This document shows, one piece after another, positions 12,191 to 22,181 of a DNA stretch of 34,906 nt. Source of the DNA: Salisapilia sapeloensis CBS 127946 (Eukaryota; Protista; Oomycota); NCBI GenBank assembly GCA_023334545.1, contig JAADVB010000205.1:1-34906 (forward strand), read 5' to 3'. Positions within the stretch are counted from its first letter, which is position 1, and each line of letters starts with the position of its first letter. The position numbers were made by a program, and so were the translations under genes. The notes under the pieces were generated by a model that saw nothing but the letters and a program-made list of their open reading frames with translations, had not been told where the DNA came from and made no database searches.

Positions 12191-13157
12191 CTAACAAGCG
12201 ATCTGGACTTTGGCCGCGAGCTCTGCTGCCAATTCCTTCGTGCAACTCTTCTGCCCCTCTTCTTCCACTCTCTTCAATGCCGCCGCCAGATGCGCTAGCT
12301 CCAGACTATTTCAACATAGAATAAGTATCGTCCTCTTGATTATAAAGAACGAGAGACTACCTTTGCAACTGACTATCGTCTTCGGCACAATCGAGCAACA
12401 TGAAGACTGCGAATCGACTGACATCCTCGTCATCATCCTGGAGCATAGCTTCCAGTGCCTTAACGAACTCTAGTTTAAACGATGAGCAGAGGACTGCACG
12501 ACTGGCAGACACGCCACACATTTCCTTGAGACGCTTTGCCGTCTCGTAGCGATACTTGGCCAGCGTGTCGCTCAATATTTCCTCCAACAGCCACATGATC
12601 TCGTCCGTATCGACCACATCACAACTGTCAAAGAGCATATTGGAGGAGCCTCCAGACCAATCGGCCAATAGATCAAACCTAAAGCTAGTGTGAGCTTAGT
12701 AAACAGATAGAGAATGCTTATGGACGTACGCCACGTCCGATAGATCCTTCATCTCCATGTCAATCGTCCGACAGGCGCGTTTTAAATCATCTGAAAGATG
12801 CAAGAAGAGCATTTCGGAGCCATTATGCAGGTTAAAGTCGACTTGGAGCGTATCTTCAGTCGTGAGGCGATGCATGTCGACGGTAAAGTCGATCTCTTCT
12901 GCCTGCATCACTTTTTTACAACTAAATTTCCAGTTCGACACCACCGTGGCATCGACTTTGGTGGTAGTAAAAGCTGATAAAAGGACGTCTTTGACTTCTT
13001 CTGGTGTACTCGTAGTCTGGAATGACGGATTGACGCAGTGGAAACCCGTTTCTTGCCACATCGGCAGCTCGTTCGGATCTTCGACGGAGGAAGAAGAGAA
13101 GTGTGCTGGTATGCTTTTCGGGGAGAAAAAGTGGTCCATGTCACTTCCAGAGTGCAT
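12191..13157 (-). CDS. Hypothetical protein with a KA1-like alpha/beta segment followed by an ARM/HEAT-like helical region, 286 aa (possible extra 5' exon 13310-13287)
   Basis: Exons 13157-12730, 12678-12361 and 12305-12191, with GT-AG introns of 51 and 55 nt, consistent phases and a TAG stop at 12193-12191. The gene structure is well supported; the domain assignments are pattern-based inference. Confidence 0.7.
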
Positions 13158-13717
13158 ACTAAAGAGCTCTTTCGATCGGTTCGTGTCGAACGGCGTATCG
13201 TGCTATGAGGAACAGGTTCGAGATGGATGGCGTGAGAAGCTGCTGGCGGAACGAGACGCATGTTGACTTGAAAGATAGATATGTACCACAGTTTCTTGAG
13301 ATGTTGTCATGAAGGCAGCAAAGTCGGCGCGACGGTACGTGACCTCGTCTTCCTCCTCGCGACTCTATACCCATGAAAAAGTACCCAAGGTTACCAATGT
13401 ACTTTATAGAGGTTATAGCACGTCGATATGGATAAATGAGGTATCAATCGACGTGTAATTTCGTGGGGAATCGTACTTCATCCAAGACGAACTCTGCATG
13501 TTCCTGTCCATCGAGCCAGCGCTCATCTTCGTTATCGCTATAGCGGTCCATCCTTTCTCTCTTTTCTTTTTTTCTTTATACAATGCCATACCCAATCAAG
13601 TTCGAATTCCACGAAACTACTTTACAAAAGTAGTTCTACTTTTATGAAACTAACTTGAAGTTTAGTCAACACGACTTGAGGATCGCTCGTCAGTACCTCT
13701 ACTTTCCTCCCTCGATC

Positions 13718-14704
13718 ATGACGCCCATCCGCAATGCTTCAGCTCCTTCCATCTATCGACCTGACTTGTTTAAAGGAAAGGTTGCACTAGTGACTGGTGG
13801 AGGCACTGGTATTGGCAAATGCATCGCCCATGAATTGGCGTCACTCGGATGTGACGTGGTCATTGCTGCGAGGAATGAAAAGCGCTTAGAAGAAGCTGCA
13901 GAAGAGATCCGATCTCAAGTCACAGGTCAAAGAAGTCGTGACTTGACTCGTGCCATCCGTACGGTCGTGTGTGACATTCGAAAGGAAGACCAAGTGTCTG
14001 CCATGGTCGACAAGACACTCGAGTACTTTGGTCGCCTCGACTTTCTGATTAACAATGCTGGCGGCCAGTTCCGAGCTCCTGTGGAAAAGATCAGTCCGAA
14101 AGGATTTGAAGCTGTCTCCAAGCCCAATATGTATGCTTTAAGCTCTTGCTATTGCCTATAAATCACTCATATGTACATGTAGGATGGGAACGTATATGGT
14201 GACGAAGAAGGCGTATGACGCATACATGAAAGAGCATGGCGGTCGGATCGTCAATATCATCTTGGTGATCGACAAGGGGTACCCGATGATGGCTCACTCC
14301 GCCGCCGCTCGCGCCGGAATTGAGAATCTAAGCAAGTCCTTGTCCATCGAATGGGCCGCCTCGAACATCCAGATCAACAACGTTGCTCCGGTACATGCTT
14401 CCTCTCAACATCGATTCTGTCTCTCTTGCTGATTTACATGTAGGGTATCATCGTGTCCAATGGCATCCTCCAATACCCTGGCGGAGAGGCCATGTCGCAC
14501 AAGATGGCCAAGCAAGTCACAGCGGCGCAGCGTGTCGGGACGGTCGAGGAAGTGGCTGCTAGTGTCCTGTACTACCTGTCTCCTGCGACAGCGTACACGA
14601 CTGGCGAGACGATCCACGTCGACGGTGGCTGGAACCTGTACAAACCTGCGTTTGAAGTGCCGCAGCATGAGCCACCTGCAGTGTATGGCACGTCCAAGCT
14701 CTAA
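13718..14704 (+). CDS. PECR: Peroxisomal trans-2-enoyl-CoA reductase (SDR family), 293 aa
   Basis: Exons 13718-14130, 14183-14390 and 14444-14704 (introns 52 and 53 nt). TGGGTGIG, NNAGGQF, the PECR-type AHSAAARAG active-site segment, INNVAPG and VDGG are present. Ends in the canonical PTS1 signal SKL. Confidence 0.9.
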
Positions 14705-14748
14705 GACGATCTTTTTACGATTGAAAAATGAAAAAAAAATCTTTTGCT

Positions 14749-15618
14749 TTAACGTCGATAGTGTAGTCGTTGTCCCTGTCGCTCTTGTTCTAGTGCCTGT
14801 CGAACAGCTACTTGACCTACGACGTAGACACCACCGGCGACACCTCCGTAGATAAGCATCAAGTAGGTGGCAATGACAGCCGCAGCACCGACGATCGCAA
14901 GGAGGAAGAAGAGGAGGAAACTCACGGGGTCTGGCTGGTAGGACGAAATGACACTCCCGATCGTCACGACAAAGTAGAAGAAGGCACCGACGAGGCCGGT
15001 GGTAAAGTTCACGACGGCTGTGAATACCCAGTGCAAGATAGTGGACACGAGCTCTTCGTCTCGACCTGATAGGACGCTGAAGATCATGTTATAGAAAGTT
15101 TGTTGCTGAGCAAACACTTTGCCACGATCAAAAGCACTCCAGAAGTTAGCACGGACTTCGGAGAACCCAAAGTCAGACCAGAGACCGACTTCGGACTTGG
15201 CATCTCGCAGCATGCTTTCTCGCAACGCTTCTTGCTTGTCTACTTCGATCTTCCATTCGTCCGCGACTGGCTGTCGTTCGTGCACTTGACTTGCGTATGG
15301 CTCACGCCAGCGCCAAAACCAGACCTTGGCTTCATCTGCATAGGACTGAGCAGCTAGGTATTCTTCCAACGCATCATGGTAAGCTGGCAGGTTGGCTGCT
15401 TCGACGAGTTTGTGCTCATACTGCTTTTGCACTTCAGGCGTAATCTGGTACAAGCCTGGGAGGACGAGCATAAAGAGCAAGCCGATGATCCACAGACTGA
15501 TGCCTGCTTGGGCTTTGGGCGATTGAATCACTCGAGTGGCGACGTGCTTGGCTAGTGTCCATCCAGCATCGCCTTCTGGCGTCCTTTGCATGCGAGTATC
15601 TGTCGCAATAATGAACAT
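14749..15618 (-). CDS. Multipass membrane protein of unknown function, 289 aa (280 aa from ATG 15591)
   Basis: Intronless ORF with one N-terminal hydrophobic segment, a helical soluble loop (VWFWRW), then about 3-4 hydrophobic segments near the C-terminus. No family confidently recognised. Confidence 0.75.
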   Translation of the reverse strand: MFIIATDTRMQRTPEGDAGWTLAKHVATRVIQSPKAQAGISLWIIGLLFMLVLPGLYQITPEVQKQYEHKLVEAANLPAYHDALEEYLAAQSYADEAKVWFWRWREPYASQVHERQPVADEWKIEVDKQEALRESMLRDAKSEVGLWSDFGFSEVRANFWSAFDRGKVFAQQQTFYNMIFSVLSGRDEELVSTILHWVFTAVVNFTTGLVGAFFYFVVTIGSVISSYQPDPVSFLLFFLLAIVGAAAVIATYLMLIYGGVAGGVYVVGQVAVRQALEQERQGQRLHYRR

Positions 15619-15786
15619 ATAGACTAATCAAACCATTTATAAAGTGCATACCATGATTGGGTGTTTGTGGAGGCTCAGGTCGACGTCGATAGGCACCAGA
15701 CTCGTTCATCTTTGACGGAGAAAGCCGCGTGGTCGTTCGAAAATGTACAAATCGAGCTTAGTGTTTGAAACGTATCAAATGGGTAC

Positions 15787-16809
15787 ATGGTACCGCGTTG
15801 GTACTTTGACACACTATTCTCGAATGCGAATATGCATATCCGGCTAAGTGGTGAGCAGGTACTAGAGTACTTGTGGCGAATGCCAGCACATACGAATGAA
15901 CGTCTAGTTCGAATCTACCTGGAGAGGGTCCACATTCATTGTCTCCAATCTGCATGTCGAGGATTACTGGTGAAATCAAAGACGTCACTGAGCAAAGAGA
16001 AGTGTATCCAAGCGCTATTAGCCGAGCGAAAGCGACGGCAATTAGGACAGCAAGCTGTAGTATCAAAGCCAGAAGGTAGTACCACCTATAATGGTCCATT
16101 GAGCAGTTCATATAAACGAGAGGAGACGAAAACCAAGACGGACATTACGAATCAAGTGAAGCTTCGCTTTCGATTGATTCACATCCTCTTCTCTGACAAA
16201 TTGATACACATCCCAGACCATTCCGATAGCTACTTCGCCTTTTGGAAAGAAGTGCATGCAGTATATAAAAATCCATCCTTGTTATGTGCTCCCATCGAGT
16301 CTCATCTCTTTGAAGAAGTGGACATGAGCACCATCAATGGATTCGACACGACCGAAGATACGATTCGAGCATGGCAGGAACTTGTGCAACGATATGAAAG
16401 TCTGCTCGATACAAATCGACTCGTCTATACCTCCTCTTTCTCCGAGGTTTCCAAGTACGGAAATCTGGACATTCAGTACCTCCACGAACGACAGCAGGAG
16501 AAACCAGAGCGATATCGAAGCTTACTCCTCGTCTGCATGGTCCCAGTCACCCAAACAAGAGCAGGCAATAGCAAGAGTGTAGACAGTCAAGTTAGTAAGA
16601 AAGAGACAAAGACGAATGGGAGGTTGGTCGAGTCTATGGTGCGTGTAGGTAAAGAGGCAGAGCTAGTGGAGAGTATGTGTCTAGCGGTCAAGGCAGCAGA
16701 GGACGCTGGCTGCTGTAATCCGACCGAGATAGCCGAGCTACAGAATCTAGTGAACAAGTACGTGTCTGCGTTCGACCAGCACGTCCAACAGATGAAGTGG
16801 ACGTCCTGA
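15787..16809 (+). CDS. Hypothetical protein, about 330-340 aa; 5' end uncertain
   Basis: Long ORF with KLRFRLIHILFSD...FWKEVHAVY, a pattern I associate with uncharacterised oomycete proteins. Alternative start: ATG 15743, exon to 15782, intron 15783-15865. Confidence 0.65.
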   Translation: MVPRWYFDTLFSNANMHIRLSGEQVLEYLWRMPAHTNERLVRIYLERVHIHCLQSACRGLLVKSKTSLSKEKCIQALLAERKRRQLGQQAVVSKPEGSTTYNGPLSSSYKREETKTKTDITNQVKLRFRLIHILFSDKLIHIPDHSDSYFAFWKEVHAVYKNPSLLCAPIESHLFEEVDMSTINGFDTTEDTIRAWQELVQRYESLLDTNRLVYTSSFSEVSKYGNLDIQYLHERQQEKPERYRSLLLVCMVPVTQTRAGNSKSVDSQVSKKETKTNGRLVESMVRVGKEAELVESMCLAVKAAEDAGCCNPTEIAELQNLVNKYVSAFDQHVQQMKWTS

Positions 16810-16990
16810 GCAAACGTTATCGCTCGCTACATGTCAAGTATCCTCCCAACTGCCCTGCAAGACTATACGTGCATTCCTTTTTATCTTCTTTTCGTATTAC
16901 TTTACTCTGTTCTTTAATACGCACGCCAGTCTCTGACCTCTTGCTTCGATCGCAAGCGTCAAGACGGAGCAACAATTCAACACAAACGGC

Positions 16991-18223
16991 TCATTGTCCA
17001 CAGTAGCATCCGTGCCACTTGTTCTCACAACGGCTGCAGCGACTAGCTTCACTCGCTGCACTCTCTTCACTCCTTCTCTCTCCACTTGCGATGACTCGCG
17101 ACAGTGATTGATTCACATTATCAAGTGCCAAGTACGATAAACTCATCGGCTGACTACTACCTCTCCTTCGCGTCACCACTTGCTCCGTCCCGATCTGCAT
17201 GCCAGCAATCTCGCGCTGAGTGTCGGCAATGACAGCGTTAATAGGGTAGATCCTGTCCTGGTCTTCACTGCAATAGCAATGCGTCCACTTCTGACGACAA
17301 AGAGGACACGTGTTGGTCCCAATGACCTCGTCGCTACGTGTGCTCGAGACCATGGGGGACGCCAAGGATCCATCGACAAAGCCACTACTGCCCTTGCTTG
17401 GAGTCGTGGCGCCACTACTGCCATGACTCTGTGTACCTAGTGGAGTGGAGCGTAGAGACGCAGCTTTCAGCTGCTGGTCATGATACCTCTGCGCTTCCAT
17501 GGACTGGAGGAGCGCACGAGGTGTGCGTCGACCGTTCGGAGCGTATCGAGTGGGGAAGAGAGCACTCTCGTCCTTTACGTGTAAAAAGACTTTCAGGAGG
17601 TAGTACTCTAGATAGTCTCTAGCCTGTGGACAGACGTCAAACGTGCCGTCGAGCATACAGGAGAGGAGGTGGCGGAGGAAGAGACCGAGGGAGTCCATGC
17701 GTTCCGTCACGACTGCACTCGCGGTCGAGCGTAGGAGACGTCGACGAGGGAATGGATAGCCTGCGATCTGCTGGACGAATCGGTCGCAAGCACTGCAGTG
17801 TCGCCAGGACATGACCTCAATAAGCTTTTTCCGGAGACGAAAGAAGTCCGAGTATCGTCGCTTGACGACACACTTGGCGTCCGTAATACGGTTCCGAACA
17901 CGCACCGTGTAGACGGTGAATGTCTTACTAGACTTGCGGGTATTACTAGATGTCGTCGTGGCAGAGTGCGCATGGTGGGTGGCGTGGGATGGTGAATGGG
18001 AGATGGTGGAAGACGGAGAGTGGGGTACTCGTGGCGAGATCGGACCTGGATGGAAGCCGACGTTGGTGTCACTGTCACTGAGTGACTCCAAGGATTCCTT
18101 AGAGGCCGTGATGACCACGGAAACGGATTCGTCTTCGAGCATTGATACGACAGTGCCCACTCGCTTGCTCTCGACTTGCTCACGTACCGAATGCCATTTC
18201 TTCCGTCGGCCGTCAAAAGTCAT
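16991..18223 (-). CDS. PX (Phox homology) domain protein with two C-terminal Cys motifs, 410 aa
   Basis: TVYTVRV...VKRRYSDFFRLRKKL...YPFPRRRL...VVTERMDSLGLFLRHL is a typical PX signature. Intronless, with Ser/His-rich linkers. Confidence 0.85.
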   Translation of the reverse strand: MTFDGRRKKWHSVREQVESKRVGTVVSMLEDESVSVVITASKESLESLSDSDTNVGFHPGPISPRVPHSPSSTISHSPSHATHHAHSATTTSSNTRKSSKTFTVYTVRVRNRITDAKCVVKRRYSDFFRLRKKLIEVMSWRHCSACDRFVQQIAGYPFPRRRLLRSTASAVVTERMDSLGLFLRHLLSCMLDGTFDVCPQARDYLEYYLLKVFLHVKDESALFPTRYAPNGRRTPRALLQSMEAQRYHDQQLKAASLRSTPLGTQSHGSSGATTPSKGSSGFVDGSLASPMVSSTRSDEVIGTNTCPLCRQKWTHCYCSEDQDRIYPINAVIADTQREIAGMQIGTEQVVTRRRGSSQPMSLSYLALDNVNQSLSRVIASGERRSEESAASEASRCSRCENKWHGCYCGQ

Positions 18224-18365
18224 ACCATATTGTATATGATATAAAAGACATACAAAAAGTAGTATATAAAGGATCTGGTACGCTTGTGGCGCATTAGTTA
18301 CGCCCGAGAGCCAATGAAATACGGGTCAGTTACTCTAATCTGCTTCGATTACGAACAAATTGGTG

Positions 18366-19724
18366 ATGGCCGCTCAGGTCTGGCGTCGATGGGAAGAATG
18401 GCAGCAAGTCTATAGCGACTTGTATTCGACTTGTACGGACCATTGGACGCGTGCTTTAACGAAAGTTAGTGCATGGAGAGCACGTGGAAATATACCAGTT
18501 GCTATTGACGCTGTCGCTCAATTCCGTGAATTGCAATTGCATGAACAGTTAGCACAGCGACGGACACATGCGACTGGAGTAAGTGCTCGTTCTAATATGG
18601 AACTACAGCTCATGTATGCTTCGGCAGTATTGCGTTGTGTAAATGGCGTCGTGGATGGCGCTCAGCAACGTGGTGCGTACGCTGGAGCTGTGAGCATCCT
18701 GGCCCAACGCATGGGCCTGCCGCTCTGGATTGTCGATTTACGACACGCCTCGACGCATAACCAGCTTCCGGCTCTACCTGTCCTGCGGCTTGCAGCAGAG
18801 CACCTGGTTGCATGGGCGGAAGCAAACTACTGGCGTCCACAGCAGCAACTGCTAGAGCACAATGTCCTCGGCGTCGGTCAGTATCTCATGACAGCATTGC
18901 AAGTGCCGACGGATACGATGGATGCTTTCAACGATAGTAACTTTAGTATACAAGTAGGAGTCGTGCGGCAGGTAGCTGTGTCGTTACTAGTGTTTGGTCA
19001 TCAGTACGGTGTGCAAGTCGCATCCACCGGTTTGTTATTCGTGTCCGATTGCCAGCTAGAGCAGACGCAAGACGTTCTGTCTAAACTACAAGCTCTCTGG
19101 CCTCCGTTCAGTGCTGCTTTGCTAGCAGGACTATGTCACAAGGTCCTTGCGGACACTACTGTCCAGACAGAAGTAGATAAAGCCTTGGTGTACATCGACA
19201 TGCTCCTAAGTGACGCATGGAAGCTACACCTTCCTGTCCAAGGTACCGAGCACTTGTATGTATGTGGCGCTGAGATGCTGTCACATGCTCGACAGCTCTC
19301 TTCTGCTACCTCTACGTGTATCTCACAGCTAGTTGAGAAGCTGGAGACGCATCCTGACATCGGCAATCATCGGTCTGAGGCAGAATCTGCGACCTCGGAC
19401 GGATGGAAGCTCTTGTCATCCTGGACGCCGTGCCCTCTTGGACGCTACGGGAACTGTATTCTAGACGACAATGAGCTAGAGTACTCTGTCGAATTGGACA
19501 CGAGCGCCGACAGCAGCTACGTCGATGCGTTAGACGCGACGGCAGACGAGGTGGAAGACGCTCTAGCCGACATGGATAAGGAGTACCTCGCCCATCTCGA
19601 GCACATCGTCCACGTCCGAGACGACATGATACAGGACGTCGTTCGTCGAGGTCAATCAGCAGGTCAAGTGCTCTTAGCCGAGAGTGAAGTAGAACGCATA
19701 CAGCAACAAGTAGAGATCTGGTAA
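18366..19724 (+). CDS. LAS1: Las1-like pre-rRNA ITS2 endoribonuclease (HEPN), 452 aa
   Basis: WRRWEEWQQVY, W.ARGNIPVAIDA, YASAVLRCVNG, LGLPxWIVDLR-type segment MGLPLWIVDLRHASTHNQLP carrying the HEPN RHxxTH motif, and NYW. First ATG is at 18366. Confidence 0.9.
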   Translation: MAAQVWRRWEEWQQVYSDLYSTCTDHWTRALTKVSAWRARGNIPVAIDAVAQFRELQLHEQLAQRRTHATGVSARSNMELQLMYASAVLRCVNGVVDGAQQRGAYAGAVSILAQRMGLPLWIVDLRHASTHNQLPALPVLRLAAEHLVAWAEANYWRPQQQLLEHNVLGVGQYLMTALQVPTDTMDAFNDSNFSIQVGVVRQVAVSLLVFGHQYGVQVASTGLLFVSDCQLEQTQDVLSKLQALWPPFSAALLAGLCHKVLADTTVQTEVDKALVYIDMLLSDAWKLHLPVQGTEHLYVCGAEMLSHARQLSSATSTCISQLVEKLETHPDIGNHRSEAESATSDGWKLLSSWTPCPLGRYGNCILDDNELEYSVELDTSADSSYVDALDATADEVEDALADMDKEYLAHLEHIVHVRDDMIQDVVRRGQSAGQVLLAESEVERIQQQVEIW

Positions 19725-19770
19725 CTCTTCTCTCGTAAACAAGAAAATATTTTCCTTGTTTTTATTCGTT

Positions 19771-21312
19771 CTAGAGGATGAACCTCGCGAGGTCCGTGTG
19801 TTTCATCATGTCACCAACTCGCTCACGGACAAAGGCTTCATCGACGGTGATTTTACTTCCAGGTTCCATGTCGGCGCAATCGAAACTAATCTCTTCCACC
19901 ACTTTCTCCATGATCGTATGTAGTCGACGCGCACCAATGTTCTCGACCGTCGTATTCACATCCGTTGAAACCTTGGCTAGCTCTTGGATCGCGCCTTCAC
20001 TAAATTCCAATTCGACACCTTCCGTCTTCACGAGTTCCACTTGCTGCTTGACGAGATTCGTCTCTGGTTCCGTCAAGATACGGTACATGTCATCTTGCGT
20101 TAAGCCCTGGAGCTCAACACGGATTGGGAGACGACCTTGGAGCTCAGCTAGGAGGTCTGACGGTTTCGTCGAGTGGAAAGCGCCAGAGCCGATGAAGAGG
20201 ATGTGGTCAGTGTTCACGTTTCCGTGCTTGGTGGAGATGGAGCTGCCTTCCACGAGCGGCAAGAGGTCGCGCTGGACACCTTCACTGCTCGGATCTGCTT
20301 GACGACGGAACTCTCCGTTGGAACAGATCTTGTCGATCTCATCGATGAAGACGATGCCATTCTCCTCCGTCTCCTTCAACGCTTCTCGCACGACGTCCGA
20401 CATGTCGATCGCACGTTCCATCTCGGCTTCTTCAAAGACTTGACGACTTTCACGCACGGTCATCTCCTTCTTTTCCGTACGTTTCTCTCCTCCGCCACGG
20501 AAAAGGTCTTGGAGGTTTACTTGCTTGTCACCAGCTGAGAAGGCGATCGGACCGTTGCCCATGTTTCCATTCTGCTTAATCGGCACGTCGACAGTGATCT
20601 TCCTATCTTCTAATTCACCTAGACGAAGGAGACGTTCAAAGGACTGACGCGATCGATCGGTGACGTTGCTGCCTGCAAGCGCTTCGAGGATCCGGTTCTC
20701 GACGAGGTGCTGGACTTGCTGTCGCACACGGTCTTGACGAGCCTTTTTCACCATCGTAATCGCATTTTCGACAAGGTCTCGAATGATCTGATCGACGTCT
20801 TTGCCGTGGAAACCAACTTCGGTAAATTTGGTCGCTTCGACCTTGACGAAAGGAGCTTCACAGAGCTTCGCGAGACGTCGAGCGATCTCGGTTTTACCAC
20901 ATCCAGTCGGTCCGATCATGAGAATATTCTTCGGGCTTACTTCTGGACGCAAGTCTTCCGGAAGTTGTTGTCGACGCCAACGATTCCGCAGTGCGATGGC
21001 CACTGCTTTCTTCGCTTCTGGCTGACCAACGATAAAACGGTCCAATTGTTCCACAACTTCCTTGGGTTTAAGCTTTCGACCGATCTCATGCGGTGCATAC
21101 TCGAGGATGGATGAAGGGATGCTACTCATGGACTCCGTGTCGACGTCCGATAGTGGCGGCTCTTCTTCAGACGACGTCGGGGCCGTCGTCGTGAAGTGAC
21201 GTAAGATCGGCATCGGTTTGGCTGCCGATGCGAATTGCACGCGACTCGCACGGGGGATTGTAGAGGTAGAGAGGCGCATGCGTGAAGCATGGGCAAGGAC
21301 TCGACGCTGCAT
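19771..21312 (-). CDS. hslU: Mitochondrial HslU/ClpY AAA+ ATPase subunit of the HslVU protease, 513 aa
   Basis: LDRFIVGQ..AKKAVAIALRNRWRR, Walker A GPTGCGKT, KVEATKFTEVG, Walker B IVFIDEIDK, VQRDLLPLVEG, ELQGRLPIRV, NIGARRL and C-terminal DLARFIL. The first ~45 aa after ATG 21312 are Arg/Ser/Ala-rich with no acidic residue, like a mitochondrial presequence. Confidence 0.96.
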   Translation of the reverse strand: MQRRVLAHASRMRLSTSTIPRASRVQFASAAKPMPILRHFTTTAPTSSEEEPPLSDVDTESMSSIPSSILEYAPHEIGRKLKPKEVVEQLDRFIVGQPEAKKAVAIALRNRWRRQQLPEDLRPEVSPKNILMIGPTGCGKTEIARRLAKLCEAPFVKVEATKFTEVGFHGKDVDQIIRDLVENAITMVKKARQDRVRQQVQHLVENRILEALAGSNVTDRSRQSFERLLRLGELEDRKITVDVPIKQNGNMGNGPIAFSAGDKQVNLQDLFRGGGEKRTEKKEMTVRESRQVFEEAEMERAIDMSDVVREALKETEENGIVFIDEIDKICSNGEFRRQADPSSEGVQRDLLPLVEGSSISTKHGNVNTDHILFIGSGAFHSTKPSDLLAELQGRLPIRVELQGLTQDDMYRILTEPETNLVKQQVELVKTEGVELEFSEGAIQELAKVSTDVNTTVENIGARRLHTIMEKVVEEISFDCADMEPGSKITVDEAFVRERVGDMMKHTDLARFIL

Positions 21313-22181
21313 GATGGAGGACGCTTCTTCCGTCAAGCACTTCGTAAGCACAAATGGCACCAGCTTGGAGAGGATATTTGGCCAATCATAGAGGTTTAAG
21401 AAGATGAGAGGAGGAAGCTGGCGGAAGGATGATGGTAGATGGTTGTATGGAGAAAGTTGGAGATAGATAGAAGAGAGCTTAATGGTTTAGTTAGTGGTGT
21501 GGACGTAGGAGAGGTTTGTGCTAGTAGGCGGAGGCATCTCGTTTGGATGCGATGTCTGGTGACATGCTTTTGATGTGGAAATTGCTTTGATTGACATACA
21601 ATGTATGGGTTGATGGAGGCGAGGATGGCGGAGTTGGAAGTAGTGGATTAAGAAGCAGTACTTATGAATGGATTTGCTCGTACTTGTAGAAAGGTCAAAG
21701 AAGAGGAATGAAGAAAAATGGATATGAGATTGCCATCGGTTCCCTCGTGCTCTAGTACATGCTGGATCTACTTCTAGATAAGCTTTTCCTACTCGAGTCT
21801 ATGGATGATCTTTTACCTCTTTATCATTGTAAGATGTACGAAAGCATGCAGTGACGCCATTGACAGATTATCTCAACTAGCATCGAACACTACGTCGCCA
21901 ATGGCATCCTTTCATATCCACTTCAATACTCTTACTTCCAATAAACACTGAGATACTCGCCAATAAAAAAATCTTCTTCCAATCTACCATCTCAATCTCT
22001 TACTACGACTGCTCCAACGTATCTATCAGCTCACATTGACAAATTACTCTTCACATCCTCCATTTAGCATGAAAAATCGCATCTCTTCCTCTATTTTCAT
22101 CCAATCCAAATCTCTTATTCAACATTTCATCCAATCGCCTTCCTTATACACGGAAAGCTACGTCCAAGACACAATATCAAA

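Noticed and set aside
13159-13374. 71-aa upstream ORF ending 1 nt before ATG 13157
   Set aside because: No protein features, and the region is explained at least as well by 5' UTR or a short first exon plus intron.
16810-16935. Open frame continuing past the TGA of the hypothetical gene (readthrough/Sec candidate)
   Set aside because: Only about 41 codons that become T-rich UTR-like sequence. No SECIS-like element or redox context seen.
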